64,000 nt of DNA from a virus (Duplodnaviria > Caudoviricetes), in the IMG/VR virus record IMGVR_UViG_3300031994_000039, positions 1 to 64,000 of that record; one strand, 5' to 3'. Below are positions 49,758-59,750 of this stretch, in pieces (the stretch's first letter is position 1; the number at the start of each line of letters is the position of its first letter). The notes beneath the pieces are model-generated. The model made no database searches and was not told the DNA's origin. It saw only the letters and a program-made list of their open reading frames with translations. Both the position numbers and the translations under genes were made by a program.

Positions 49758-52255
49758 TTACAGACCATTCTTGTCATATAACGGATGGGCTTCCACTAAG
49801 AAACTGTCGCTCTGCCCATTCGCTGCTTCCCTTACTGCATTATCACTCATAGGAAGCCCTGTGATTTCTGCTATCATCTTCTGTACTGCCTGTTTTGAAC
49901 TACAGAAGTACGACTGTCCGTTTCCTGTGTCTATTAGCTGGAAAATTTCTTTATTCATGCTTACCTTACTCCTTTGAATTATTGTTTTAACCAGACTTTT
50001 AAAGTTTCCCTAACCTTCAGAAACTTTAAAACATTATTAACAAATACCTCTGCTTATCTTCCGGTAACACCAAAAGAATATCCTGCCGGATATGTCTTAA
50101 TGCTGCGGCAAAACATATCTTACATGATATCATCTCTCTGGTCGCTTACGTTATTTACAAGGGCTAACGATAAACCCTATAAATGCATCCTGTTCTGCGT
50201 CAACTACACGCAGAACATTTCCGCCTTTCTTCATTCTCGACGCAGCCTTAACTGCATCAAGAAATGAAAGATAGATCTCGGTTGTCTTACTTATCCTGTC
50301 TACATCCTGACTGGATAAGAGTTTTGTATCACATGCCAGAAACATTACCTTAACAGCTTCCCTTTCTTATACATTGCGTTTAGTGCTGACCGCCACTTAT
50401 CATTTATTTCCGGATCAATTATGATTCTTGGAATATGATAGATGTCACACACAGCCATCTCAACACGACAGCCTTTTGCGTCATCATAATCCTCGCTAAA
50501 CAGCGCCTCGTCGCACGTAGACAGCAGTTTAATCGCCTCGCCTAAGCAGTACACCCTTCCTTTGAAACATGCCCTCACGCCCGCTGTAGGGGCTGTATTA
50601 GGCTTCGTTTCAACAGTGATCCTGCCGTCAACGAACTCAACTTCATCTTCTTTTATCTTCCGGAATCTTGGTTCGCCATCCTGAGGAACTTCCATGATAT
50701 ATCTGTTGCTACAAAACCAGGATTTCATACGCTCAATTTCACGCTCTATACGCTCGTCAGAGCGTCCATCGAACGGGAGTGATAAGAATACCCTCATTCC
50801 TCTGCACCCTCTACAAACGCGCCCTGAACGGGATATACGAGCTCATCCTTCTCGAATGTCCAGAGATAACCTACATCAAGAGCAGCGCAGTTGCATCTAT
50901 ACCCTGCCTCCTGAAGCTTCTCATCTCTTTCTCCGAGGTAGATATACATCGTTTTGTCCTCAAGATTTACCTTAAAAACCTCACCCTGTTCAAGCTTTCC
51001 CAAAGGTACTGGCTTTTTATGAATTATCTTCATTTAAATCCTCCTTAAGTCTGTTGCAATCATTGCAGGCGTATTTTCGAGTATATTTTTCGCTAATATA
51101 TTCAAGGCCCTCTCTAAGTCCTAAATTGCTTTTGTCTGTGCTTTCTGCATTTCCTCCGCACTTACGCAACTCATTAAAACCATCCTCTCCGTATATGATG
51201 AAACCTGATTTCTTAATTGTGTTGTTGAACTGTGCTCTCAGCTGATGCATATCATTGTTGCACATCATCTTTCTGAGAGCTCTTAGAAAGCCTTGTGCCT
51301 GGAATCTGTACTTCTGCTCGATCTTTTCAGCAACTTCCTTGCCCTCTCCAGCATCAATACTTGTCTTAACTTCTTTTAACCATGTGTATAAAAGTTTGTT
51401 ATATTCTCTGAGCACGAGGTTAATATCAACCAGTTTTCCAGTCTTCTTAAGATCACCCATGATAATTTCTCTCCTTCCTGAATGCAGCGTAGTCATTTTC
51501 CCATTGCTGCCGGATCATTTTCTTTCGCTTCGCTGTATCTCTTTCCATCTTTTCTCTCTGTTCTTTTCTGTTGTCAAGTATTACCCACACGCAAACAATT
51601 ACGAACATGGATATATAAATTGTTTTAAAAATAATAGAGCAAACTATATTTAAACTAGGTGTGGTTGCATCTGTTATCATAAACGCTGTTGATAAGATAA
51701 TTCCAAATATCCCAGAATAACCTTTCATTTTCACATTACCTCTTGTTTTGTTTTTACTTCATAATTTTTGCATTTTCTCTTTAACTTAAATGGTTCTTCA
51801 TCACGTCTAAGAACAAAGCGTCTGTCGCTAAATCGTTTTGCGCGTTCCTGCCCTTTAAGGAATATACACTCGTGATGCATACCAATCTCTGTCCTATCAG
51901 TCTTATAATATTTACAGGTGAGACATTTGTATTGCTTGCAGAGTTCCTTATATTCAGCGTCGCACTCATCTTTAAAGCTACGCTCTACCATTTCCTTAGT
52001 CCATTCCGGAAGTATAAGCCATCTCCAGACTGGTAAGCCGTTGTAGATATCCTGAGTAAACCGTTCATAAACATCCTCTTTCGTCAGACACTCAAAGTAG
52101 TCAGTCGCAAACCTAAATGATTCAAGATATGCCGAAATTTCCTCGTAGTTAATTTCATACTGACCGCCGATCTCTGTGTCTGCAAAAATCCTAAGGATAT
52201 CAACAATAGCAGAGCAAGCCATTGCCTGTTTTGGGTTCATCATATTCCTCCTCAA
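49758..52255 (-). other. Run of small hypothetical CDSs (49758-49958, 50151-50345, 50794-51033, 51017-51460, 51453-51734, 51731-52243)
   Basis: Packed minus-strand ORFs directly downstream of the RT. Confidence 0.55.
50345..50797 (-). CDS. DUF4406/nucleoside deoxyribosyltransferase-like protein
   Basis: MRVFLSLPFDG...LLSTCD......DYDDAKGCRVE pattern. Confidence 0.65.
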   Translation of the reverse strand: MRVFLSLPFDGRSDERIEREIERMKSWFCSNRYIMEVPQDGEPRFRKIKEDEVEFVDGRITVETKPNTAPTAGVRACFKGRVYCLGEAIKLLSTCDEALFSEDYDDAKGCRVEMAVCDIYHIPRIIIDPEINDKWRSALNAMYKKGKLLR

Positions 52256-52273
52256 GCCATGAATGGTATCACC

Positions 52274-53440
52274 TTATAAAGTTTTCAAGTCATTCTTAAT
52301 TGACTCAGCTATATTCAAGCCGACCTTCTGACTCATCTTGTCAACTATTTTCTGAATGGCTTCCTTTTCGACCATCGAGAAGTAATTACGATACCCTTCG
52401 AGCACTTGAATGTCATTCAACGACCAGTCCTTTCCGTTCTTTTTGTCCATGCCGTATGAATACAACATTGCGGTGAACTTTTTCTTGTTCTTATATCCGA
52501 CTGTAATCTGATTGTCCTTATTAAGCATTACGCCAAGATTCCAGTTTGAACCTGCAGAAGAACCATACCTTGTCTTCTTTCTATTAAGCTCGAACGGAGC
52601 TCCGAATTCCTGAAGAACCTTTACTATTTCGTCCTCAATCATCTTGTAACTGAAGTCTATCTTACATGATATGATGAAGTCATCCGCATATCTTGTATAC
52701 ACAAACTTCCTGTTATCATAATCCCTGAACATATTAAACAGCTTGTAGTCAATTGGGATCATCATGATGTTTGTTATTAGTGGGCTGATCGGAGTTCCTT
52801 GAGGAAGCCCGCCGTTTAAGAACGCAAGGCTGATTGCCTGCTCGAAATATTTCTTTCCTTCCGGAACCGCAAGAACTCTGGAAAACGGAAAAATCATACT
52901 GAACATCTTTGTCACGAATTCCGGAGTTGTGCTTCCAAAGAAGTTATGAAGGTCGAACTTTGCAAACCACTTACTTTCATTACCCTGATGTCTCTTTACT
53001 GCATCCAGTGTGCTTCTGCCTTTTATATATGCAAATGCTGATGTATGATACATCGCACCAAATCCATCCTCGAAGATGAACTTAAGTTCCCGAAGCGCCT
53101 CCATAAGTCTCGGCTTAGGTGCATCGATTCTACGAAGGCCGCCGGATCTCTTCGGAATGTGGAATGATCTATAAAGTTCCGCTCTATCCACTTCAAAGAG
53201 ATCCTTGTACTTCTCGTTAAAGCACCACAATTCATTAATGAGTGACTGAATATTCAAACTGCCGAATATCTTTTCAGCATTTCTGGATAAGTATGTTCGT
53301 GTGTTTGTATTCCTGCCGTCCTTGCGTGTATAGTTTTTATATCTTTCGTTCCATTCATTATCTGGTAACGAAAAGAAATCGTCCAGAGATAGCTGAACTG
53401 TTTTCTTATTAAGAACAACTACTACATACTCATTGTACAT
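52274..53440 (-). CDS. Retron-type reverse transcriptase (388 aa)
   Basis: AAAGGAGG RBS before MYNEY; IPKRSGGLRRIDAP; AFAY; region-X-like DAVKRH; DLHNFF.S; LPQG.P.SP; YTRYADD; region-Y-like WNLGVMLN; no maturase or nuclease tail. Confidence 0.9.
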   Translation of the reverse strand: MYNEYVVVVLNKKTVQLSLDDFFSLPDNEWNERYKNYTRKDGRNTNTRTYLSRNAEKIFGSLNIQSLINELWCFNEKYKDLFEVDRAELYRSFHIPKRSGGLRRIDAPKPRLMEALRELKFIFEDGFGAMYHTSAFAYIKGRSTLDAVKRHQGNESKWFAKFDLHNFFGSTTPEFVTKMFSMIFPFSRVLAVPEGKKYFEQAISLAFLNGGLPQGTPISPLITNIMMIPIDYKLFNMFRDYDNRKFVYTRYADDFIISCKIDFSYKMIEDEIVKVLQEFGAPFELNRKKTRYGSSAGSNWNLGVMLNKDNQITVGYKNKKKFTAMLYSYGMDKKNGKDWSLNDIQVLEGYRNYFSMVEKEAIQKIVDKMSQKVGLNIAESIKNDLKTL

Positions 53441-53459
53441 AGAGTTTCCTCCTTTCAAA

Positions 53460-53651
53460 TTAATTGTCAACCTCCACGACAATCTTATTATTGTCCAGAG
53501 AGAAGAAGACCACGGCGTGATCGAGGAAATCCTCAACCCGCTGTGGACTTTCGTTCTTTGTGCTTTCAATTATAACTTCCTGACTGCCTGCAGAAACCAG
53601 TGTGAAGTCTATGCTCAGTGCAGCCTTACTGTAAAAATCCCCAAATTTCAT
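53460..53651 (-). CDS. Small hypothetical protein upstream of the RT
   Basis: AGAGGA/AGGA RBS-like sequence; 63 aa. Confidence 0.5.
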   Translation of the reverse strand: MKFGDFYSKAALSIDFTLVSAGSQEVIIESTKNESPQRVEDFLDHAVVFFSLDNNKIVVEVDN

Positions 53652-53672
53652 TTTTCCTAGTCCTCTTTATTT

Positions 53673-54584
53673 TTAGCAATTAACCGTCGTAAATTCTTTC
53701 GTGTCTTTATTGAAGAAGAATATCTCTCCAGAAAGAGTATCCGCTGGTCCGAATATTCTATTTGTTTCCGTTACATTACGCTTAATGCTCGTCGGATCGA
53801 TGCTTCCAACCTTGTGAACCATAGCCTCGTGTATACTTGTGAACGCTACGTAGAAGCTATCGCCGTACATTTCTGCAAGCTTTTCCTTAACTCCCGGACA
53901 GAACATTGCGATCGCTCCGTTTGTTTTCCTGCTGGTTGTGACGAGCGTGACTCTGTTGTTACTAAGTCTTTCCTTGCTTTCGAGAACTTTCTTTCCGCTT
54001 CCGTCAGTTATGTTAAACATGTCTGTGTAGAACATTGGAACCTGATTCTTTACTGTGTTCTCCATTGCAGCCGCGAAGATATCCAAATCCTTCATACCTG
54101 TCTGCTTCTTATATCCTTCGACACATCTCATCGGAACCTTTATTGTGTTCAAGATTCCGTCGCAGTCACTCATAATAAGGTAAAGAACCAGCGCAATATC
54201 ACCCTTCTTGCAGTACATGCAAGGTTCTTTTGCATTCTTCTGGATAAATTCCGCACTATAATTCACAGGTCTGATGATTAATTCGTCCTTAATCTTAGTG
54301 TAGTCTTCTATTCTGTCGATCTTATTCATGAATCCACCAGCCCTTTTTCTGATGCTTGTCAAAGCCTCGCCAGTTGCCCTAAGGACAATGTCCCATCCTC
54401 TTTCGTTTACTGACTTCTGTGTATCTGCCAGTCTTACTGCCATTGATACCTCATCGCCGTTCAGTTTTATTCTTGCAACCTCTACATCATTTACACATTC
54501 AACGAGGAATTCCTCATTTGCCTGGATAAGATTGTATTCTTCCATTTTTTCTTTTAATACCTTTGCAAATTCTTTGTTAGTCAT
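53673..54584 (-). CDS. DUF5688-like protein
   Basis: GDIALV, AMENT, NGAIAMF, YVAFTSIHEAM, LSGEIF motifs. Confidence 0.7.
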   Translation of the reverse strand: MTNKEFAKVLKEKMEEYNLIQANEEFLVECVNDVEVARIKLNGDEVSMAVRLADTQKSVNERGWDIVLRATGEALTSIRKRAGGFMNKIDRIEDYTKIKDELIIRPVNYSAEFIQKNAKEPCMYCKKGDIALVLYLIMSDCDGILNTIKVPMRCVEGYKKQTGMKDLDIFAAAMENTVKNQVPMFYTDMFNITDGSGKKVLESKERLSNNRVTLVTTSRKTNGAIAMFCPGVKEKLAEMYGDSFYVAFTSIHEAMVHKVGSIDPTSIKRNVTETNRIFGPADTLSGEIFFFNKDTKEFTTVNC

Positions 54585-54625
54585 AATCAAAACCTCCAAG
54601 TTTAATTATCTTACTACCATTGTTC

Positions 54626-54904
54626 GTGTAACCTGATTACCTTTCAGGATCTCAGGGCAGCGGGCGCTGGTGCCACCGGCGCGCGTCAAAGCGATCTTTT
54701 ATTTGTTCCTTTGCGGAACAAAAGAACGAAGGTCCACGTATTTGCGTGCTTCCTGAGATCTGTTTCTCTAATCAGGGCGGCTCCAGATCCGGAGATGGCG
54801 ACTTGAGTTGTCGCCTCTCCTCCTCCTTCGCCTTATCATGTCGAGCCTTTTAATTACATCAAAAGGTTATTTCATATTGGATATAAAATAATATGCGTTA
54901 CACA
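54626..54904 (-). ncRNA. Retron-like ncRNA 1 (msr-msd)
   Basis: GTGTAAC (54626-32)/GTTACAC (54897-903) inverted ends; two short stem-loops after GTGTAAC-G on the minus strand; large multibranch stem at 54632-54776. Confidence 0.8.
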
Positions 54905-55057
54905 TTTTCATGTATTAATAAAAGATAGCGTGATACATAAATTACATAAACAATACCGCCGCAAAAATCCCGCAAACCACGTAGCTATCAGGTTTGCGGG
55001 GGATAGTTTTTTCCAACTTTCTTGCGGAGTTATGTTTTATTACGTTTTGTCGCTCGC

Positions 55058-55720
55058 TTAAAAAGCGTCGATTTCAAAGCTCTTCAGATCAACTAAAACC
55101 ATCTTCTTAATTCCTTCGCCCTTTACGAAGTGTATGAAGTTGGTTACTGCGATTGACGATACCACTCTAACAACAGGGCACACGCCCAGTGTAATGCCGC
55201 AAGCTGATGTGGGAGTTTCTGCCTTCGCTTCTTCATGGCTGAACTGCATTGTAGCCAGAAGATTTTCCCTCATGCTTTTATCTGACCAGTCAGCAGCGTA
55301 ATGCTGTGCGTGCTCTAACAAAGTTCTTATGTCGAACACTGCTTTAACCATCGGATTAAGCATATGTTTTTCACAGATTTCTCTGCGGATCTCGATACTG
55401 TCTACGCAAAGGAAGACATATCCTGCAAGAGTTTCACCGTTCCAACCCTTCTTTGTTTTGATCTCGATGTCCGGATTGATGTTCTGGAGAATACCCTTGA
55501 GAGCTTCTGTCTTTTCCTTGCCGACATCTTCTTTCGTGAACATCTGGTTCACGATATTATGTTCCTCTACCTTATCAAAATCCCAGAGAACCATTGACTT
55601 TACGCCACAGCGGGCGAGGTTTTCTGCGATTGTTGAACCGACAGATCCACATCCGATGATGTGGATGTTGCCGTTTACATTGCTTGGGTTGAAGTATTCG
55701 AGTGATTTTGATAAATTCAT
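55058..55720 (-). CDS. ThiF/E1-like adenylyltransferase
   Basis: IIGCGSVGS, WDFDKVEEHNIVNQ, K, CVDS...R; candidate catalytic Cys in PTSACG; no Zn CxxC pairs. Confidence 0.9.
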   Translation of the reverse strand: MNLSKSLEYFNPSNVNGNIHIIGCGSVGSTIAENLARCGVKSMVLWDFDKVEEHNIVNQMFTKEDVGKEKTEALKGILQNINPDIEIKTKKGWNGETLAGYVFLCVDSIEIRREICEKHMLNPMVKAVFDIRTLLEHAQHYAADWSDKSMRENLLATMQFSHEEAKAETPTSACGITLGVCPVVRVVSSIAVTNFIHFVKGEGIKKMVLVDLKSFEIDAF

Positions 55721-55721
55721 A

Positions 55722-56333
55722 TTAACACGCCTCCACAAATAATTCTTCAAGGTTCACCTTTTCTTCTTCAGGTTCTTCTTTGATCTGGACTTCCGTTGTA
55801 CAGTACTCTTCAAATGCCTTCATGAGTTCTTCGGCAAATTCACTTTCCTGTTCTTCTGTAAGAGCTGGTGTCTCAGGTTCAGGTTCCTCTTCCGGAATCT
55901 CATAATTGTCAACAATTTCATGGATGATGTCCATTATATCTGTTGCTGCTTCCCCTTCTGCGGCAGGTTCTTCTTCCTCCTCAGGGTCATCCTCTTCTTC
56001 GGGTTCATCTTCCCATTCCTGGTTGTTGTCCATATATGATTTGAGATCGTCTTTATAATCATTGAACTGCCCGTCGTTGTCGTCTGTTCCTCTCCACGTT
56101 CCGTCGTAGTCGTCGTGTATATATCTGTCATACCTGTCACTTGGTATATCATCAACCAAGCTTCTTAAATCTGACAGAGAGTCGCAGTACTTTGCGTCAT
56201 CGAGAATTCTGCTTTCAAATTCGCCGTGCGTATATAAACCGCCTGTGAAAACATCATTAAAATAATCATAATCCCTTGCGCATTGTTCCAGTTCATCATA
56301 GGTGGTGATATCTTCAAACTCTGTTCGTGTCAT
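55722..56333 (-). CDS. Highly acidic protein
   Basis: AAGGAGG RBS; very D/E-rich; located between JAB and E1. Confidence 0.7.
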   Translation of the reverse strand: MTRTEFEDITTYDELEQCARDYDYFNDVFTGGLYTHGEFESRILDDAKYCDSLSDLRSLVDDIPSDRYDRYIHDDYDGTWRGTDDNDGQFNDYKDDLKSYMDNNQEWEDEPEEEDDPEEEEEPAAEGEAATDIMDIIHEIVDNYEIPEEEPEPETPALTEEQESEFAEELMKAFEEYCTTEVQIKEEPEEEKVNLEELFVEAC

Positions 56334-56352
56334 ATTTCAGACCCTCCTTACC

Positions 56353-57162
56353 TTACCATCCGCAACCAAATCTTTCGCTCAGCCACGCTTCGTATTCCTC
56401 ATCTGTCATGCCAGCGTAGTAGTCACTATATTTTGATTTCTTACCGCCTTTGCCTTTGCCGATAGTCTTTGTGTCGGCTAAGGTACCCTTCAGATTGTAA
56501 ATCTGTGTACCTGTGTATCTTGGGAAGTATTCATCAACCACGAGTTCCTTCGCTTTTTCTGCGAACTCCAGGATTTCCTCTTCGACATCGACGAATACCG
56601 TAACATCATTGTCTTCATAGACTGTGTTACTCTGTTTATCGTAAATGTTTACGTATACGTCTCCTTTTTTATTTGTAACCAAGAAGATATAGAAGTCGTC
56701 GTCTCTGAGCTGATCAACGATTCCTCCGTAATAGGTTTCGTCTACGCTTGAAGGAGTTACGCCCATGTTTACATGGCTGTGCCCCTGCATTCTTAAGTTC
56801 TGAAAAACCTCGTCTGGCTGTTCGTAGAGCCACATCTGATACTTTTCCTGATCCGTAGTGACAGTTGAACCTGTTACCTTCTGCGGGTAAACTACTATGT
56901 CGTCGATGACATAATCGCCGTCCTTTACCTTTCTGGCGATGCCGTGCCATGCAACCTCTTTATCAAACTTATCAACCAGTGCTCTCATTTTCTTATCGGC
57001 AAGCTGACTGATTTCCAGTGAAGCTTTTTTGCCGGTATTCAGTGTGAGTTTCTTGCTGTAGTTGACTGTGTTATTCTTGAAGACTCCGGCTGCGAGAAAT
57101 TTTAAAAATTCCTCACGGATCTTTTCAATTTCTGTCTGATCTATATTAAATGCACGACTCAT
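56353..57162 (-). CDS. JAB/MPN metalloprotease (prokaryotic deubiquitinase-like)
   Basis: Upstream catalytic E (KEVAW) and JAMM motif GHSHVNMGVTPSSVD. Confidence 0.85.
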   Translation of the reverse strand: MSRAFNIDQTEIEKIREEFLKFLAAGVFKNNTVNYSKKLTLNTGKKASLEISQLADKKMRALVDKFDKEVAWHGIARKVKDGDYVIDDIVVYPQKVTGSTVTTDQEKYQMWLYEQPDEVFQNLRMQGHSHVNMGVTPSSVDETYYGGIVDQLRDDDFYIFLVTNKKGDVYVNIYDKQSNTVYEDNDVTVFVDVEEEILEFAEKAKELVVDEYFPRYTGTQIYNLKGTLADTKTIGKGKGGKKSKYSDYYAGMTDEEYEAWLSERFGCGW

Positions 57163-57166
57163 ATGA

Positions 57167-58570
57167 TTAACCTTCCTTTCTAAGTTCCTCAAGAACTTCA
57201 TTGAGTGTGTAGCTGTTTCCGTTTAATTCAAAAGCTCTCTTGTTTGTTCTTGTTATGCGAGTTGTAAACTCTTCCATAACGGTGCTGTCTGCGAAGTTCA
57301 ATGAACGAACTGACATTCCGCAGAGACTGAGACACTGGATTGTATCGCCCGCCTTGAGCGCATCGACCATCATCATTTCATAGTCACCTAAACAGTGGTA
57401 ACGGTCGATATGTGTATTCGGGAAGTAATCCTGAACTTCTGGAATGTAGCTTGCGTCTGCTATTCCAGTCACTCTGAACTCGCTTATCTTTATTCTGTAA
57501 GCTGCAACACTCTTGAGCTTCACACTATGTTCTACGAAGATCGCATTGAAGAGTTTTTCTGTGTCCTCTCTGCTGATGTTTGAATAATCGTAAATAATAC
57601 TATCGTAATTATCTACAAATTCCTCAGCTGTATCCGAATCAAATACATCAAGATATCCAGTAGCAAAAAACTCGATTGAGTCGCCGCTGCATGAATTGAA
57701 TACGAGATTTTTATTTGCCTTGAAGAAGTCGAGAATTTCGTTACTTTCATTCTTCACAACATTTCTTAATCCATCAATAATGATGTTCTTATCTCTTATC
57801 TTTATGAGCAGATTCGAAATTTCCTCACGCTTCATAGCTATCGTCTGTTCCAGTGATGAGATTTCGTTCTTGTGATATTCTAACTTATTCTTTGCAAAGC
57901 GAGTCTCAATTCCTGAAAGTGCTGCTTCCATTTTCCTTTCCCGGATGCCCTTGATAGCTGCGATGTTTGCGATTGCCTTTAAGAAAGGTTCTACGTTAGT
58001 CTTGCTGAGAGTTTCAAGGAACTCTGTTTCCTCTTTGGTGATAGGCTTTTCCTTGAAGAACCACGGCAGATATACCGGAGTTCCCATTAATACATAACGT
58101 TCTGTTTCAAGAGACATATTTTCTATCGGCTTATAGATTACGATTGTCCGCTTGCCGCATGTGAAACATGTTACCTCAGTTCTGCTAAAGAACTTTCTAA
58201 CCTTCGCAGTTTCAACCCATTCCGGGCTCTTTTCCTTAACTCCCTCGCTGAGTTCGTCAAACCACTTTGTATCCGATCTCTTTACAGATATCAGCCATAA
58301 ATCCTCATCACACTTTTCTGTGTCGAATGTGAGTAATCTGTTGTGTAATTCATCGTATGATGAATCATACATGCCAGCGTTTCTGGTTATTTCGTTATAC
58401 CTGATTTTGAATGGCGCGTCGTCTTCGACCCTGTCGATTAATAACGCTCTTACAACCATATTGAATACTACGTCTGTACTATAATTCCATTCGATCTTAT
58501 AGATCTTCTTATCATCTTCGTCTTCGTTGTAACTGAAGGCAGTTGATGCTGGGATTCTTCCGTTGAACAT
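57167..58570 (-). CDS. Large protein with central coiled coil and C-terminal E2-like motif
   Basis: FPNTHIDRYHCLGDY resembles the UBC HPN(H)I...CL active-site segment; operon context. Confidence 0.55.
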   Translation of the reverse strand: MFNGRIPASTAFSYNEDEDDKKIYKIEWNYSTDVVFNMVVRALLIDRVEDDAPFKIRYNEITRNAGMYDSSYDELHNRLLTFDTEKCDEDLWLISVKRSDTKWFDELSEGVKEKSPEWVETAKVRKFFSRTEVTCFTCGKRTIVIYKPIENMSLETERYVLMGTPVYLPWFFKEKPITKEETEFLETLSKTNVEPFLKAIANIAAIKGIRERKMEAALSGIETRFAKNKLEYHKNEISSLEQTIAMKREEISNLLIKIRDKNIIIDGLRNVVKNESNEILDFFKANKNLVFNSCSGDSIEFFATGYLDVFDSDTAEEFVDNYDSIIYDYSNISREDTEKLFNAIFVEHSVKLKSVAAYRIKISEFRVTGIADASYIPEVQDYFPNTHIDRYHCLGDYEMMMVDALKAGDTIQCLSLCGMSVRSLNFADSTVMEEFTTRITRTNKRAFELNGNSYTLNEVLEELRKEG

Positions 58571-58630
58571 TTAAAAATTCCTCCTTAGAAAGATTGGCGG
58601 GGTGTTGTGTTCCCCGCCTTTTGGTTTTGG

Positions 58631-58943
58631 TTTGTGTAACCTAATTAGAAGTTGATCCTGATGAAGGATGAGTTCTGGGCTACTCAACCAGGTGAACTTC
58701 TATTACGATGACCTTTTTCCTGATCTGCGGGCTGCGCAATCTTGGGGCTTCCTGAACATATTTCTGCTTGGATGTTGATTGAGCTTTTAATTTTTTTTTT
58801 TAGTATGTTTTAATCAGATAAAACAGTACCCAGCTCGTGTCCAGATACCTCCTTCCGGCGGAGGTGCCTCCTTTCCCTTAACAATGCGATCCATTCACTG
58901 ACAGTAAATGGTTGTTTTAAAAAAACAAAATGCGTTACACAAA
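58631..58943 (-). ncRNA. Retron-like ncRNA 2 (msr-msd)
   Basis: TTTGTGTAAC/GTTACACAAA 10-bp inverted ends; same msr-like scaffold as ncRNA 1 with compensatory changes; different msd hairpins. Confidence 0.8.
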
Positions 58944-58972
58944 AATCAAATACTAGTTTTATTCAGCAGAAA

Positions 58973-59200
58973 TTAAGCGTTGTCTGCTTTAACCACCTGT
59001 AAGAGGTAGCATTTATCAGTAACGCCGTAGTCTGCAAAGGTCTTATTGAAATCCGCACTGCCTACGACGCTGCCGTTGAGTGTGATTCCGCCTGCGGCAA
59101 CATTGAGATTTGCCTGTTCTGCGGCTTCGAGAATTGTAGTGCTTGGGTCAAGAACTAATTCTGTTTTATTGAGTGATGTTCCGCTTATTACCTTAATCAT
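58973..59200 (-). CDS. Ubiquitin-like beta-grasp protein, copy 2
   Basis: 75 aa, MIKVISG...TLNG...KTFADYGV...LLQVVKADNA; AAGGAGG RBS. Confidence 0.75.
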   Translation of the reverse strand: MIKVISGTSLNKTELVLDPSTTILEAAEQANLNVAAGGITLNGSVVGSADFNKTFADYGVTDKCYLLQVVKADNA

Positions 59201-59284
59201 GGTTAAATTCCTCCTTAATTTACAGGGGCGAGGCAAATGCCCAGCCCCGACTTACCTGTTATTTATGAATTGTGAAGAATGTTA

Positions 59285-59665
59285 TCACATAATTGTGATG
59301 CTATCCATTGCTGTGCTGAGTGCGTTCTTGGCAGCTTCGATCTTTTCCGGAGCAGTTGCCTCGAATGCGTTCATTTTAGCAAGAGCCTTGCCATACTTTT
59401 CAGCAATGAACCCCTTGATCTTATCCGGTTCAAGATCGCCGACAGAAACTGAAGTGCTTGCGTAGCCGCTTGCATCAGTCTTATCGAAGGTGATTCCGTA
59501 TGTTCCGATTGAGCCTGTGGTTCCTGTTGCAACCTTAAAATCAATTTCCTTTTCCTCGTTCTTAACGACGAGTGCTTCAGGTGTTACTGTTGCAAGTGTT
59601 TCGAGATCTGCTGTGAGAATTGTGCTTGTGAAAACTGCGATGCCTGAGATTACTGTTACCTTCAT
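59285..59665 (-). CDS. 126-aa hypothetical protein, copy 2
   Basis: Paralogue of 59751-60131 (shared GTYGITFDKTDASG). Confidence 0.75.
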   Translation of the reverse strand: MKVTVISGIAVFTSTILTADLETLATVTPEALVVKNEEKEIDFKVATGTTGSIGTYGITFDKTDASGYASTSVSVGDLEPDKIKGFIAEKYGKALAKMNAFEATAPEKIEAAKNALSTAMDSITIM

Positions 59666-59750
59666 TTAGATTTCCTCCTTAAAATTACAGGGGCGAGATT
59701 AAGAAACCCCGCCCCACTTACGTGAATGAATGTTTGTTTCCGCTGAGCGA

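Noticed and set aside
52274-53569. RT as part of a DGR or group II intron; ORF-track start at 53569
   Set aside because: No TR/VR pair with adenine-specific mismatches was seen, and there is no maturase or domain V. The motifs are retron-like (PQG, region X/Y variants). The strong RBS supports a start at 53440.
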